From Chrysomallon squamiferum (lineage: Eukaryota > Animalia > Mollusca), in NCBI GenBank assembly GCA_012295275.1, contig CM022668.1, forward strand, positions 4,278,001-4,342,000: a DNA stretch of 64,000 nt. The letters run 5' to 3'. Both the position numbers and the translations under genes were made by a program. Shown here piece by piece: positions 1-15,149 of the stretch (its first letter is position 1; each line of letters begins with the position of its first letter). Below the pieces are notes generated by a model that searched no databases, was not told the origin of the DNA, and saw nothing but the letters and a program-made list of their open reading frames with translations.

Positions 1-292
1 GTGTATTTATTATATTTATAATTTTCATCAAGACAGTCCATTGCATGACACTGGCAGTATCAGAGGGTTTTCCCCTTTCTTAAGTCGGAGGTCAAACCGG
101 TTTGCAACAATCCAACAGCACCGTAGCGTAACGAAAGTAATTCATGGCGAATAACTCGTAATTGTACTGTTAGCTTGAATACAGATCATTAACAACCAAA
201 AAAAGTTCAACAAAGGTTACGAAAACAACAACATTTTTATTGCACCTGATATACATACATTACTACTAATAATTATAGTTGGTAATTTATGT

Positions 293-393
<101 letters not shown>

Positions 394-491
394 ATAATAA
401 ATAAATAATAAAATCAACAACTTACTTCAGAGCCACTGTTTCTTTTTCTTTACTTTTTTAAATTTAATTATTTTATAGATTTTTTTCTTGC

Positions 492-523
<32 letters not shown>

Positions 524-904
524 CTTGTTGTTATTATATTATTATTATTATTATTAAAACTTTTCCGATTCTTCAAACAAGAGGTACGAAAATAAGTAGA
601 TCTTGCATAACACAAACTCCCTCCGAAGCCCTGTTATTTTATTTATATACTTTTTTAATTTTTATTATTTTTATATATATAATTCAGTATTTCTTTATTT
701 ATTTGTTTGTTTGTTTGTTTGTTTATCTGTAAGTATCTAAAGCCAATCTTTTTAACTACTGAGAATAAAACGAACGGGAAATAACTCCAATCTAAATGTC
801 CTGAAATTACAATTAATCCGAAGTTTAAATGCAATTAATGATACGTGATTGGAATAGCTAAAATAAATAAATCAAATGAAATCAAATGAAACAGAGATTT
901 TAGC

Positions 905-936
<32 letters not shown>

Positions 937-989
937 TAATGATACATATATATATAATCTACAAATTAATTAATATCAACCGCTCATTA

Positions 990-1021
<32 letters not shown>

Positions 1022-1491
1022 AACGCAATACTTATACAGCTGCTGGTACCACTACCCCTACTAATATCTATCAAAACGACTATGACGACTAATACTACCA
1101 CTGTTACTGCTATTGTTATTACCACTACAACTGTATACTGCTACTACTGCCACTACCACTACTAATACTAATACTACTATAATACTAATACTGCTCCTAC
1201 TCTAGACTTTTAACATTAGATAATTACTTATATTGCTACTGTTTCTACTTCTATAATTACTTCTGCTACTGTAATTACTATTACTGCTACTACTACCAAT
1301 ACTAGTACTACTAATACTACTACTATACTACATCTACTACTACTAACACACCTTTCTCTTCCTATCTGTTTTTCTCGCTACTTATCTGTATGTCTGTCCG
1401 TGTGTATATGCATGACTTGCAGAAATAAAGAAAAGTGTATATATCATTATCATTATCATCATATCATTATATTTATAATTATCGTTATTAA

Positions 1492-1537
<46 letters not shown>

Positions 1538-2144
1538 ATCATTATCACATTATCATCATCATCATCATCGTCTAATGTTTAACCTCCTCATAGAACAAAT
1601 AAAACCACTGAAGAAAAAAAACCCTTTTCCAATCTCAATATTTTCTTTAAAGAAGAAGAAGGAGAAGAAGCACAAAACATGTAAAACCAAATCAGCGTTT
1701 AAACCTCGTTTGACAGTTCAGGAAAATCTTTCTAAAACTGTTTACGTGTTTTTATGAACATCTCTCTCCAGTTTCTTTAATAGTTTTCCGTATTTTGGAG
1801 CAAAACATATTTTTATCGAACAACGACCTCCGAGGAACAAGTTTAAATAAATTTTAATACCTCAGATATTTTTATTTGCTTTTTCTTCTTTCCTTTGACA
1901 ACAAAGAGAACATTTCACAGCGTGTTGTTCCGCCATTAATGTTGCTACGAAGATATTTACAAAACGATATATGCAGGTAATAATTTGAATATTAATCGCT
2001 AATGATAAAATAAATGTTAATATTTTATTTTATTTTTTTCTTAAAGTTAATACTGAAATGTAAACTGTTTTGGTTTTTTTTTTCGTTTTTTCTCTTTACT
2101 GTATGTCCCACGAGGACTATTAAACATTAGATGATGATGATGAT

Positions 2145-2195
<51 letters not shown>

Positions 2196-3210
2196 GATAA
2201 CGATAATGATAATAATAATGATAATGATGATAATAATAGTAATTATAAAACTCACTTTTCATTTTTTCCCCTCCCCAGAGTGTTTTTATTATTTTATTTT
2301 AGAAAAGTGATGGATGCTATGTTTCTGCCTGTTTTTATTTTTTTTGATGCCCGAAGCTGGTGAGTATTTTCTTTATGTGTATTTTATTAACATTATTTAT
2401 GTTATTTATTTGTTTGTTTCGTTCGTTGGATGGTTGGTTATTCTTTATATTATTTATTTACTTGTTCGCGTTCTTGTTTGTTTAATATTTATTATATTGT
2501 ATTTGTTTGTATGTTCATTCATTTCTTCCTTACTTCCTTTCTATCTTTCTTTATTTTATTTATCTTCCTTATGTTTCGATTTGTGTTTCATAAATTACCT
2601 CCATAAAATACTTGAAGTAATGGACACATACTCCCTGGTTTATTATGAGTTCTATTTAATTTTTTTTTTTTTTTTTTTTAATACATATATATTTTTTACT
2701 GTTAAAAACTTGGATCCGAAGTGGTAATTCTTTCTCTTTTTTTTTTTGAACAATAAAAACTTTATGTTTTATATTCTGTTTATGAATATTTAACCTAGTT
2801 GACCAAATAAGAGAATTTGATTTCTTTTCTTTTCTTTTCCTTGTTAATTAAAAATGTAACCAAGTATTTCACACTTTGAAATAAGTTGGGCTTTGACTGT
2901 ATTTAAAAAATAAACAATAATACATATATATATAATAATAATAGTAATAACAAAAATACAGAGTTAACAGCAACAGAAGTAAAACAGTTTCTGCTTATGC
3001 AAACTTATAGCTGAACATTACAGTCCAGATTCTGCCTTTATTACTTTTCTCTGATTTTTTTTGGGGGTGGATTTACTTTTTTTTTATCAGATGTTTTCTG
3101 TTTTTCTTAGATTTTATTCTTTTGTAAATGTTTATCCATGATAAAGTTTAATGTTGAAATAATTATATTAGGTCTTTGAGAAAAGCAGTTATGAAAACAG
3201 TATGTGATTG

Positions 3211-3250
<40 letters not shown>

Positions 3251-5266
3251 TTATATAAATCAAATTTTGTAGATTTGTTTTTATTTCTTTAAAATAAAGC
3301 CAACAGATAAAATAAATATGTTTGTTCATTTAATCTAGTTTTAATATTTTTTACATTGTGTTTATTCACGGTGATCAAATTCAAAATAATAAAAATAAAG
3401 TAATAATCTTTCTTCCTTGTACATTAATCCGTTTCAATAAGTCAAGTGCAGTTTGCTTATTTTAATGAGATATTTATTGTAAATATACACAACGGGTATA
3501 ATAACTAAGTGATATACTTTTCTCATTCAGTAACTGAATTAGTACATCTCCAGTTGAACAGATTTAACTTTTGTTTTAAATGGCAGAACATTTTAAAAAC
3601 TTAAAATTTCCATGCATGAAAACAATGACAGACATGTTAATACTGTATGAATTATTCAAAAGTTTTGATTTCCTATTTGGCCTTCCGCATAAAGTAATAG
3701 ATTTCAGGCCTTTTATAAATTTCATTCTGGCTTTGGAAAAGACACGAATTTTACACAACTATTCGTTCTGGATAGCGATCGCCGCTGTTACACATCTCTT
3801 TACTACGACTGTGGTTAGGCTTCCGCACGCATTCAATAACACAAACGATTCTTTGTTGTCTAACTACCTGTTTGTTTAATGGCCGACAAATGATGATGCA
3901 CGCATGCTCGTTAGTCATTGGTCAATAAGGGAAATAACTACAGTTACTAAACAATTCTCGTAAAGTCCTATTTAATTTACTTTATTGCATTATGTTAATT
4001 AAGATAAAAATATGTATTTATTTATATATCTATATTGGTGTATAGTTTGGTTTCCACGGTTTTTTCTTCTTTTTTGTTCTTTTTTCTGTCGGTTTGGTTT
4101 GTTTTGTTTGTCGTTGTTTTGTTCTTTTTATAAATACGCCTAAAGCATATAATTCAAATAACAATAAAATACATTTATTGAACGAAAACCAGAGAAGTGA
4201 AAAATAATACTAATAATAAGGAGGAAGGAAAATTATGTAAATGAGCAATCTTGAAAAGCACGATAGAAAAAAATCTCATACAAATGCTTTCATTTTTGCT
4301 TTGGATTTTATCTCTTCACAGCTGAAGAATGTATTCATTTACTAACTTTTAAAAAATCAAGAAAAAAAGACAAAAAAAACCCTAACAGTAAACAACAAAT
4401 TAATAAAGCAATTTAAACAGTAAAACACCCTTATGCACCGTTCATTGTTAGAAAATGATTCAACATCTTTGTATTATATTTTATTTATTTATATTTAGAT
4501 ATAAAAAATGTATTTATATTATTTTCTTGTAAATGTGTGTTATCTATAAGTGTAAACAGTTGGTAGTGATTAATTTCGCCAGAAATAACAATTCTTTTAG
4601 CTGTCCTGACGTTTATATCTTTTAAATGAAATCTAAAAATGTATTTAATTGTAAACATATGATATGTAATATAAAGTATAAACCTACTTTTATTGTATTA
4701 TATATATTGTTACATTTTGTTGCATAAAATTTCAATATTTGTTTAAATTTTAATCAATGCTGCTTCATTTTTCAGGTGTTAATATATATAAGATATTATT
4801 AGAATAGCAATGTACTGTCTTTAGTACTTTTAAATGTTTAGAAAACAGCAGATATATTCAGAATTATAGAAAATAACAGATTTTAAATACATATGATTAA
4901 AACAACACTTGACAAAGAATTTTCTGAAAAAAACAAAAAAAATACTAATAAAAAATAAAAATACAGAAAATTAGTTACTGGGTAATATTAATTTTCAATT
5001 CTTTTATTATTATCATTTCTTCTTCATCATCTTCTTTTAAAAAAAATATTATTACAGGGGCCATTGAGGTTTATTTAAAATTGAGCATAGTTTTCCCATA
5101 TATATACTTAAAATTTACAGTTCACATAGTTCAGTACTTCAGTTAAACATATCCCTTTCTCAAGCTGTGGAAGACATTTTCAGAATGTTATTCTTTTTTT
5201 CAGGAGAATTACAAGAGTTGGGTACAATTCATTCCAATGTTACATTTTATTATTTACTTTTATGAT

Positions 5267-5410
<144 letters not shown>

Positions 5411-5494
5411 CATACATACATGTTAAACTTGCAGTTAAGAAAATAACCACACGAAACTGTATATGAAGGTATGTATGTTAGCATGTGTGTGTAT

Positions 5495-5550
<56 letters not shown>

Positions 5551-6129
5551 TAATCAGAAGAACTAAATCCATGGCAGACAGAAGAAAAAAGTGGCAGACG
5601 GCAGATTCTTCTTATTTAAAAAGCTGGTAACTGCCTCATTTTACTGGTTTTATTAACATCTGCATTCCTTCCACTGTTTGAATTTTTATGATTCTATGAC
5701 AATGGCCATTGTTTTGTTGTTATTCTTCTTCTTTTTTGTTTAAATCTGTCTTTTTGATCTTGTTCTTCATTTTATGTGCAATGTTTTGTTTATAGATTTG
5801 GTTGTGTTTGACACACAATGGAAACTGCATTTAATTACTCTTGCTATCTTTACTGAAAATGATTTTTGAAATGTGTCAACTCTAAAGTGAATACACTATA
5901 TAAACTGCTTTGAGAGTTGGTTCATTTAAAAGAGTTTTAATTCACAAATTAGTACATGAAGGAAACAATCAAATTCAAATAGATCTGCTAAGAATAAATT
6001 GAAAATATTATTATGACTATAAAAATATAAAAATATTTAAATTCAAGAGGTACTTTCTCTAAAGCACTATTAATTCAAACATTTGAGCAAGAATGCTAAT
6101 ATGAAGTAAAAAAAATAATTCAAACTGAT

Positions 6130-9040
6130 TTACAGTTACAGTTGTACAATCATAACACATTATGTTTTCATAACACGTACACTTATGTTCATTATTGTGA
6201 TTTGCTTTCATGATATGTTTAGTGATATATGAGCAGAAAATGTATCCACTTGAACAATGAAAACAGTGTCAGACCATACATAATTTTCATTACATTGCTT
6301 GCATGAATAATGGTTCAAATGTTTCAAAGTTCTCAGCAATAGTCAGTGTACCTAAAAAATTGATCTTGAATATATGGTTTAAATACAAGTATAAAAATTC
6401 AGATGGGTCTATGACATTGAAATGTTTTTCATATTTTTCTGTTTGATGTCAAATATTTACTTTGATGTCATTTTCTATTTCCTTGTTGTATTTATCAGAT
6501 AGCAAACACTGAATTATCCTGGAACTTGAAAAAATATTGTTACTTTTTAAAGCTTCAAAACCACTGCTTATGCACAATGCATTAATAACAGGTTCAGTAT
6601 ATAATGGCAGATGTTTGTCTACTCTATCATAGAATAACAATAGCATGTATGATTAAAGTTGTCAGTTGAAAAAGACAGAGAATTATCATCACATGAAACA
6701 AACTGATGTTCAATAAGTATGGTATAGCGACCTCCGTGACAGGAATCTCCATGATGACAGACAATACTCTTCAGCTGATATTTAATTTCTGCTTTTTCTG
6801 CATTTTTACGCTGATCATTACATTTTATGAACAAATTGTGAGAAATTTGAACATAATTTGAATTCTTTCTCATACATTTATCAAATAAAATCTCTGAATT
6901 GTGAAAATAAGAGTTGAAGGGAAAGATCTTAGTGTTTGTTTAATAAACATTTACTATGTGAGCACATCCATGCCTTTTCTACTCTCTCTGATTTAATAAA
7001 ATTATCAAGTAACTGTTGCACAGAACTATAACCCATTGCATCAAGATGACGCATTATGAAATGCCCATAATTATTTTCTCTAGATGTTGTTGAGCTACAC
7101 TGTAGCAGATATACTCGTGCTGTAAAATAATATTCCCTTGAGCCCTTTCTGTGAAATATCTGATATCTCCTTGGAGTGTTTATTTTCATCTTTCAAATTT
7201 TTCAGTATTTCTATCACACTTTCTTCTGCTATTTGAACTGGTATTTTTTCATTATTATCAGAACATACAGTTACAGGCTCACATTTATTTTCATGAAGAA
7301 TTAACCATGCTAAATCAGTTGCTGCTAGGGCTTGCATCATTGCAGTAAACCAGCAGGTGTTGCCAAAATTCTTCAAAGGTCTCCAGATGAATCCTAAATC
7401 AGTGATATCTTTGTCAGCATTTTTCATATTTTTCTCATGGCCATAGTGCACACTTTTGTAGCAGTGATCATGCACCAGATTGGATTCGTCCTTTGTTTTA
7501 CTGGTATTGTGTCTTGTTTCTATTTTATTTTTGAGTGGTTACTGAAAATGATCTTTTTTGTTAAAATTATCAATTTGCTCTTTATTGCTAGCCCACAAAT
7601 GTTGTGTTAACATTTTTACCAATTGGTTTCTTTATCTTCCTTAAATATTTTTTGACTTTTCATGCAAACTACAGCTGCCAATGTTTGCAATGAAACAGTC
7701 TGATTATGCAATTTTTCTGAAAAATTATCCAGTCTGTCTTTGGTTCTGCCTTGCAGTCCAGTATATTTCAGAATTCTAAACCTATTTTCAATTGTGCTAG
7801 TTGTTTTCATCTATTCATGAATAAAGTTTTTACTACTGGGAATTTCTGATGCCGATTTTTCAGTCTGTGTTACATTTGTCAAAAATATATTTATTTTAAA
7901 CATTGAAGAAATATTTCTGAAAAACATGGATTAACATTACTATTTTCATCAAATTTACATGGCAATCAGGTTTAGTTAATATTTTCTAAGATACCTTCAG
8001 AAATTGACTTAAACAATCTGTAGTAAACAGGTTGCAATATTTTTATGTCAACTTGTTCAAAATTAAATTCATCAAAATCAGAATATTCTTTTGAAATCAG
8101 TATCACAAAAATACCAAGTAGCAATTCTCTTATTTCTTTCATGTCATTAATATTCATGACCAGACTTAACATATTAAGAAAAATTCTGCAGTTGTTAGCG
8201 TTTTTTTCTTGCATTTTTTCCAGCAAATTTTGTTCACCTTATTCATGAAATGACTAGAGCATATGTGAACATATTTAAAAAAAAATCAGAGTGCTGACTC
8301 ATCATTTTCCATGATCAATGTAAAAATTGATTCAGTGTTTCATTATTAAAATGTAAAAGAGCTCCTAAGATAAAAACCATTGATCAGTGTAGGGCAGGAA
8401 ATATTGTTCTATCCAAATGTTTTCTTTTCAGCATATCTGAAATTACAACTCCAGTCTAACATTGTTGCCAGTGCTTCATTTTCACTAATCATAGTGGCAA
8501 CAGTAATGCCCATCTTATCTTTTTTATAGCATATTCATAGTATAAGAACTGCTTACCATCTTCATTTTTATGAACAATGCTGCCTGTAGCACCCAATATA
8601 AAGCAACTTTTTCTACTAAATTGTGATACAATCTTAATCCCTCTTCTGACCAATATAGTATATAATTAGGTTGCAAAATGATTCTTAAAAATAAAACCTG
8701 TGTAAGATTTTTCTTTCATTAACAACAGAAGACTTTTGGTACACCCTTTGTCTCTTCCAACTTTTTTCCTAGATTCAGAAGCTATTTGACGAAACACACT
8801 TGTGGCTTTTCCGTACCCACTGACATTTCCGGCTACAAGTCTGCTGGCTTAGCATCCGTAACACATTCTAAATAATGCTAAAAGCATTTCTTACAACTAG
8901 CAAATATTTTTTTCAAATCTTCTCTGAGTTTTCCTCTAATAGGCATATGATTCTACTCATGTTTAACATTACCTGAATAAATAACATGCCCAGTGTCCAA
9001 TTTGTACATATTCAAGCTGACATTTACAGAACAGTCTGCA
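6130..9040 (-). mobile_element. Degenerate Mutator/NOF-FB-like DDE transposase followed by a USP (peptidase C19)-like domain
   Basis: Transposase motifs: (D/G)ATGSIV, FLYY, VATMIS, VHICSSHFM (CxxH) and TTSTIENRFRILK. USP Cys box LKNFGNTCWFTAMMQAL and His box YQLKSIVCHHGDSCHGGRY...SCDD. Many stops and frameshifts. Confidence 0.68.
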
Positions 9041-9489
9041 TTTTGTTCGTACGTGATAAATTTAGCAGTAATTATTTTTTCTTTTCTTCTCAATGTCAGT
9101 GAAAACATCATTTCACTGTATCAGTATGTCACTATGTGAATACTTTTGATTAATAAGATGAAAAATGAATATCTTAAATGTATAATATGTGGTAATAGAC
9201 TGTTATTTGTGATGACATTAAAATAAAATGTTCGAAAATAAATTAAACTACAATTAATTAATAATAACTGCAAATAATAATAATGTCCATTTTCATGGCA
9301 CTTGTTCTAATGAAAATCCTTATTATATACATTTTTATTTTTTCAGCCTATGTTAATTTCCATGTGAATTAAAAAAAAAAAAAAAAAAAAAAAAATTCAA
9401 TGAAAACGTAAAATGACTATTAATAAATGGAATTAAACTCTATGAATATCTTGCAAGCTTGTTGTTTATTTATTTATTCATTCTTTCAT

Positions 9490-9954
9490 CACTGCCAACG
9501 CAATGTACACGCCATTCTGTGGAAGGTATGAGATTATGGAAGAATCGAGTGTGTTTATTGTTGACATTAACAGAAACAGAAGGAGTTATCAACCCGCTGA
9601 AGTCACCTAACAAGATTGCATGTACGGATACGTTGTGTGCGTCTCTGACAGCAAACGTAAAGAGGTGTATTTTTTTTCAATATAAATGGCGAATCATTAA
9701 GCGTTTTCTTACCGATGGGGTGCTCTTTGTGTCCCGACGGAATTTGCTTTGACAAGAAGGGAAATCTCGTAATGGCGGATAAGGGAAACAACTCGATGTT
9801 TGTTCTAACCCATAAAAGGGTAGTTTGTGAAGGAAACAGTGATGGAATTGGTTTGAATGGGCTAAAGGCCGTTGCTGAAGACGATCTCGGAAGGCTTTGG
9901 GTTGGTGATTACAGCGGCTATGTCTCTGCTTTCTACAGCCGCACGTTATATTAA
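9490..9954 (+). pseudogene. C-terminal NHL/beta-propeller fragment of a TRIM-NHL-like gene, frameshifted
   Basis: LKSPNKIAC, VCVSDS, CPDGICFDKKGNLVMADKGNNSMFVL and KAVAEDDLGRLWVGD are NHL-repeat-type motifs, split across reading frames. Confidence 0.7.
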
Positions 9955-12184
9955 CAAGAAGGAAACTTGAAAACATTCAAAATGTTAATTATTTTATTAT
10001 ATCGGCACTTTCCAAACCCTTTCATTGAAATTCATTGATTCAGATGCAATCAAATAAAAATACTCTGTATGATGTTGGAGCATCATGCTTTCGAGAGTTG
10101 GAAGCAGAAAAAAACAACAACTCAAAAACAACCTATAAATTAAAAAGAAAAATACGGGCATAATATAATTTGACATGTTTATGGAATAAGGTTGTATATT
10201 GCACGGTGTAATTATCGGTTGTCAGCAGAAACCGAATACGATTGTATTTTATGAAATACGTAAATAAATAAATTCATATGATGCTACTGCTGCTAATAAT
10301 GGTAGATGTAATAATATTTAACTGGATTCTCTCACACTCAAAAGTAGATGTGGCAGTTTCAATATCTTTAAATAAATCGACCATTTATTTACAAACTTTG
10401 CATAAGCAAATTCTTTGTGGATCGCTATAGAAATGGTTTGGAACTTTATATTTTGAAAAATATATAATTTCTAGTCATTTAAATTTCTATGTTGGTAAGT
10501 ACTTAAACATTTGTTACTGAAAGTTTTTGTCGTTAGAGTAATAAGGTTTATCCTTACAGATATGGGAAGGTACTTGTTAAAACTGATCAATAAAAAGCAA
10601 CAGTAATGAATAATTAATTATATTTAAAAATATGTTTTGGGAAAAGTAACTATTAATGAAGTACGTATGTTATTTATGAATAATCAAAAGAGGAAACTTA
10701 AGTTCAAACTCAATGACTGCTGAGATAGTTTAACGTATAAGTTAAAGTTTTAAAAACGTCGGAAATAACGATTTCATTTCGTTTCGTATTTGTTCCATGA
10801 CCGACTCATTAAAATCAAAACAACCTAACACTCTCACAATGTTAATAACGTTAACACGTTGTTTTAAGACAATAACTGGTTGTTTTTAGACAATAATTGA
10901 TTCTTTTAAACTACATTACGCGTTTACCTACCAGTCCACAGCCAGTACAAGCTTAAATATTCTATCCTTCAATGGAATTATATTTATAATTTGATCAGCA
11001 CAGTCCCTTCCACGACTTTCCAAAAAGGGATTTCCCCTTGCTTAAATCCGTGTTCGTTTGTAATGTCAAGATACCTGGCAGCCAAAACCGGTTGCAGATG
11101 ATTGTCTGGGCTAAAACCAGAAATCATAGAGAATGACGCTGTAACTTGAAAATGTACGTTTCAAACTGTGAGAAATAAAAACCGATTTGCAACAATCGAA
11201 CAGCACCGTAGCTTAGCGAAAGAATGCGCAGTTCGTGGCCAGTACTGTTAGCTAAAGGGTTTATTTGTACTGAATACGGATCATTAACGAAAAAAATAAA
11301 TAAAAATGTATGTTTTCTTTTCTTTTTTTTGTGTGGGTATAATGGTTCTCTGTTCTATTAGCGATTCACTTCAGTCGTAGGTTACTGATTAGACAAACCA
11401 GTTAGGAAAAATTCTAAATAAAAGTAAAGGTTTTCCCCGAATTCCTGATTCAGCACTTTGTGTTTTTCCTACAGTTTCCAGGAAAATACAGATTCAATAT
11501 AACATCACTATCACATTGATCACAATTAGGTTTGTATAGTTACGGACTGAAATAATGTCCCAAATGTTACGAAAACGTATTTGTTGTAAAAATATATATA
11601 TAATAAAAAGTATAAACCTACTTTTACTGTATGATATAATGTTAAAATTTCAATATTTGTTATTATTTAAATGAATGCTGCTGCATTTTGCAGGTGTTAA
11701 TACAGAAGATATTATCTGCTGTAGGATCACAATGAACTGTCTTTAGTAATTTTTACCAAAATTTCTTACCTGTGTAATATTAATTTTTAATTTTTTTTAT
11801 TATTATCATTTCCTTTTCATATTCTTCTTTAAAAAAAAATATATTACGTATATTTATTTTTTTATTATTTTTTATCTTTTTGTACTGTTACTGTAATTTG
11901 ATGTTACCTTTAGTAGTTTTTTTTTAATTTTTTATCAGGAAATGTTAAAAGTAAAATACAGAGAGCTTGTACTTGAAAAATATGAAAAGAGAACATTTTG
12001 CTGTTGTTCTTGTTGCAACTTATCAATTTTATTTTCTTATTTAATTTTTCAAATTTTATTTTATTTTTAATTGTATACAATAGTTTGAACAATTTTTGTC
12101 CAAAATATTTATTTTTGTAATCGACATAAATACCTTGATCTTACTACTACTAACACAAACAGCAACAACAACAACAACAGAAGC

Positions 12185-12370
12185 ACAATTAAGCATAGTT
12201 ATCCCATATATATACTTAAAATTTACAGTTCATATAGTCCAGTACTTCAGTTATACATATCCCTTTCTCAAGTTATGGAAAAACATTTTCAAAATGTTAT
12301 TCTTTTTTTCAGGAGAATTACAAGAGTTGGGTACAATTCATTCCAATCTTACATTTTATTATTTACTTTT

Positions 12371-12465
<95 letters not shown>

Positions 12466-13140
12466 CATGTTAGACGACAGGAAAATGTATATGAAGGTAT
12501 ATGTGTTAGCGTGGTGTGTGCATGTGTGTGTGTGTGTGTGTGTGTCATAATCAGAAGAACTAAATCCATGGCAGACAGAAGAAAAAAGTGGCAGACGACA
12601 GATTCTTCTTATTTAAAAAGTTGGTAACTGCCTAATTTTACTGGTTTTATTAATATCTGCATTCCTTCACCTGTTTGAATTTTTATGATTCTATGACAAT
12701 GGCAATTGCTTTGTTGTTCTTCTTCTCCTTTTGTTTTAAATCTCTCTTTTTAATCTTGTTATACATTTTATGTACAATGTTTTGTTTATACATTTGGTTG
12801 TGTTAGACATACAATGGAAACTGCATTTAATGACTGTTGCTAACTTTACTGAAATGTATTTTAAAAATGTATCATCACCAATGAGAATTAATTAAGTCAC
12901 TTTAAATAGATTGCTTTGATTGATGGTTTATTTAAAACAATTTTACTTCAGAAATTAGTGCATGAAGAAAAAAACATAATTCAAATAGTCCTGTTAAGAG
13001 TTGGATTTGAAAATATTATTATTACTATAAAAATGTGAAAATATTTAAATTGAAGAATTAGTTTCTTTAAAGCACTTTTAATTCAAACATTTAACTATGA
13101 ATGCTAATATGAATTAACAAAAATAATTAAAACTGATCTG
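12185..13140 (+). repeat. Direct duplication of ~5080-6130
   Basis: Shared (AG)n/(TG)n flanks and the block aatcagaagaactaaatccatggcagac. Confidence 0.85.
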
Positions 13141-14475
13141 TTAAAAAGTGTTGGGTTTGAAAGTGTTTTATTACTATACAAATGAAAAATATATTTAAAT
13201 TCAAGAGTTAGTTTATCAAAATATTTTTAAATCAAACATTCGAACATCAATACTACTACGAAGCAACAAAAATAATTCAAATAGAACCACTTGTGAAAGC
13301 TTGGCTTCGAAAATATTCTAGTGTAGCATAAACCATTGTTAAAAGAAACTGCATCATGAAATTCAAAATGAATGCATAAATGTTTATTAAAATGTTTATT
13401 AAAATGTTTTAGCTTTGTGAGTTGATTGATGTAATAGAAAGAGCAACACAAAAACAAACAGAAGTAATAAATGAAAGCAAATTAATAACTGCAATAGTAT
13501 ATATGTGTGCATTTTGTTGGTACGTGATAAATTTAGCAGTAGATATTATTGTATAAGGGGGAATAACTGTTGACTTTTACTTTTTGTATTTTTGAGTTGC
13601 TTTTGAATTTGTATACAGCTGAGAAAAATAAAACATTAAAAAGTTAACCGTCTGTTATTATTTGATAAAGTATTTATTTATTTCAGCTTTAAGATGTGTA
13701 GTGTAAATATCATCACTGATGTGGATAAACAATCAAGAAACTAGATACTATTTTCAAACAGATCAAATGTACACTTTTTAAATTTCTCTAAACAAATTAG
13801 CAACTTTACTACACCATAAAATAAGAATCAGTTATTTTGAATATCTATGTAATTTTCATCATTTTATCTTCCTTAACAAAGCAATCCCTTGAAAATGTAC
13901 CAGATGCTTGTATATCCACTTTAACAAGAAACAATAACTTTAAAGTTTACAGAATTCATTTCATCTGATAAATATATTATGTCTAAAATATACTGATTAT
14001 ATTTAGACTATTTATGATCAGTAAACCTAGATATAAATAAATGAAACTTAAATGTAACCAGCATACCAAAGTAAGCTGCTCTTTCATTCATGTATATAGA
14101 ATATTTTTTTCTTAATTACTTCAGTTCATACAGCTCGTTGATGTTAGCAAAGATAGGTAGTGAAAACAAGTTTCAATAATTTATTCTGAAATAATATTGG
14201 TTTAATTGTGGAAAACATTACTTGCAAATAAACAAATAAAAAAATAAAAATAAAAAGTAATGATTCAAATGTATCAAGCGTATCAAAGTAAACTGATCTT
14301 TCATTCAAGTATATAAAACTTATTTAAGGCTTTTATAAAATTATTATTACATCAACACAAACACTTCATTGATACTACACTGATGGATTGGATGTGTAAG
14401 ATGTTTTTCAGTAATTTATCCTCAAATAACATTAAGATAATTCTTGGAAATATGAACGTATGAGAAAAATTTCCT

Positions 14476-14608
14476 TCACCGGAATATTAGCTTCTTCCTC
14501 AGTGAGCTGAACAGAGCTGGTGACTGCTTTAACACACGACCATCCTCCATCTCGACTTTCTCACCTACTTTCTCATTTACTAATGTAAGCAAACTGAGAA
14601 TGTCGTCT
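14476..14608 (-). CDS. Copy A exon 7: p10 C-terminus
   Basis: ttttcag|A GAC GAC ATT..., translating DDILSLLTLVNEKVGE...KQSPALFSSLRKKLIFR*. Homologous to 29175-29307. Confidence 0.85.
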
Positions 14609-15149
14609 CTGAAAATTAAAATGAAAATAAATTTAAAGAAGTAATAAATAGTAATATTTTAGTAACAAACAGAAAAGATAATATATATATATATATGTCC
14701 CACTTGCATTTTGTTTGTATTGGTTTGGTAAAGGATCTGAAAGGAGAATGAAAAGGAACATTCCTTTGGAGGTTCTAACTAAAATACAGTCACAAATGTA
14801 ACAAATGTTTAATATATATAATGAGCATGAATTATACCAAATTTTGTAATCATCAGATGGACAGTTTTTTATTTGGTTCATAGTAACTAATGTGCCCTCC
14901 GTTGAAAATACATCATCCAGCTATTAGCTAAAAAGGTGTCACATGACAAAAGATCAATACAAAGCACTTAGGCAATGTCACAAAGAACAGTACCAAAGTC
15001 ACAGAATATAATAATAATGGTATCCAAATATATTACTCCACTTGGTCTTTTATTTTTATTTTAAATATGGAAAATATGTACACATAAACAGTGCTAAAAG
15101 GTGTTTGAAACGCAGGCCAGAAAAGCATTTAAAGTTTCGCACTTATTAC

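Noticed and set aside
3580-3879. 99-aa ORF recurring in part at 26459 and 33784
   Set aside because: The frame is not preserved among copies, the ORF spans a deletion junction, and it has no recognisable motif.
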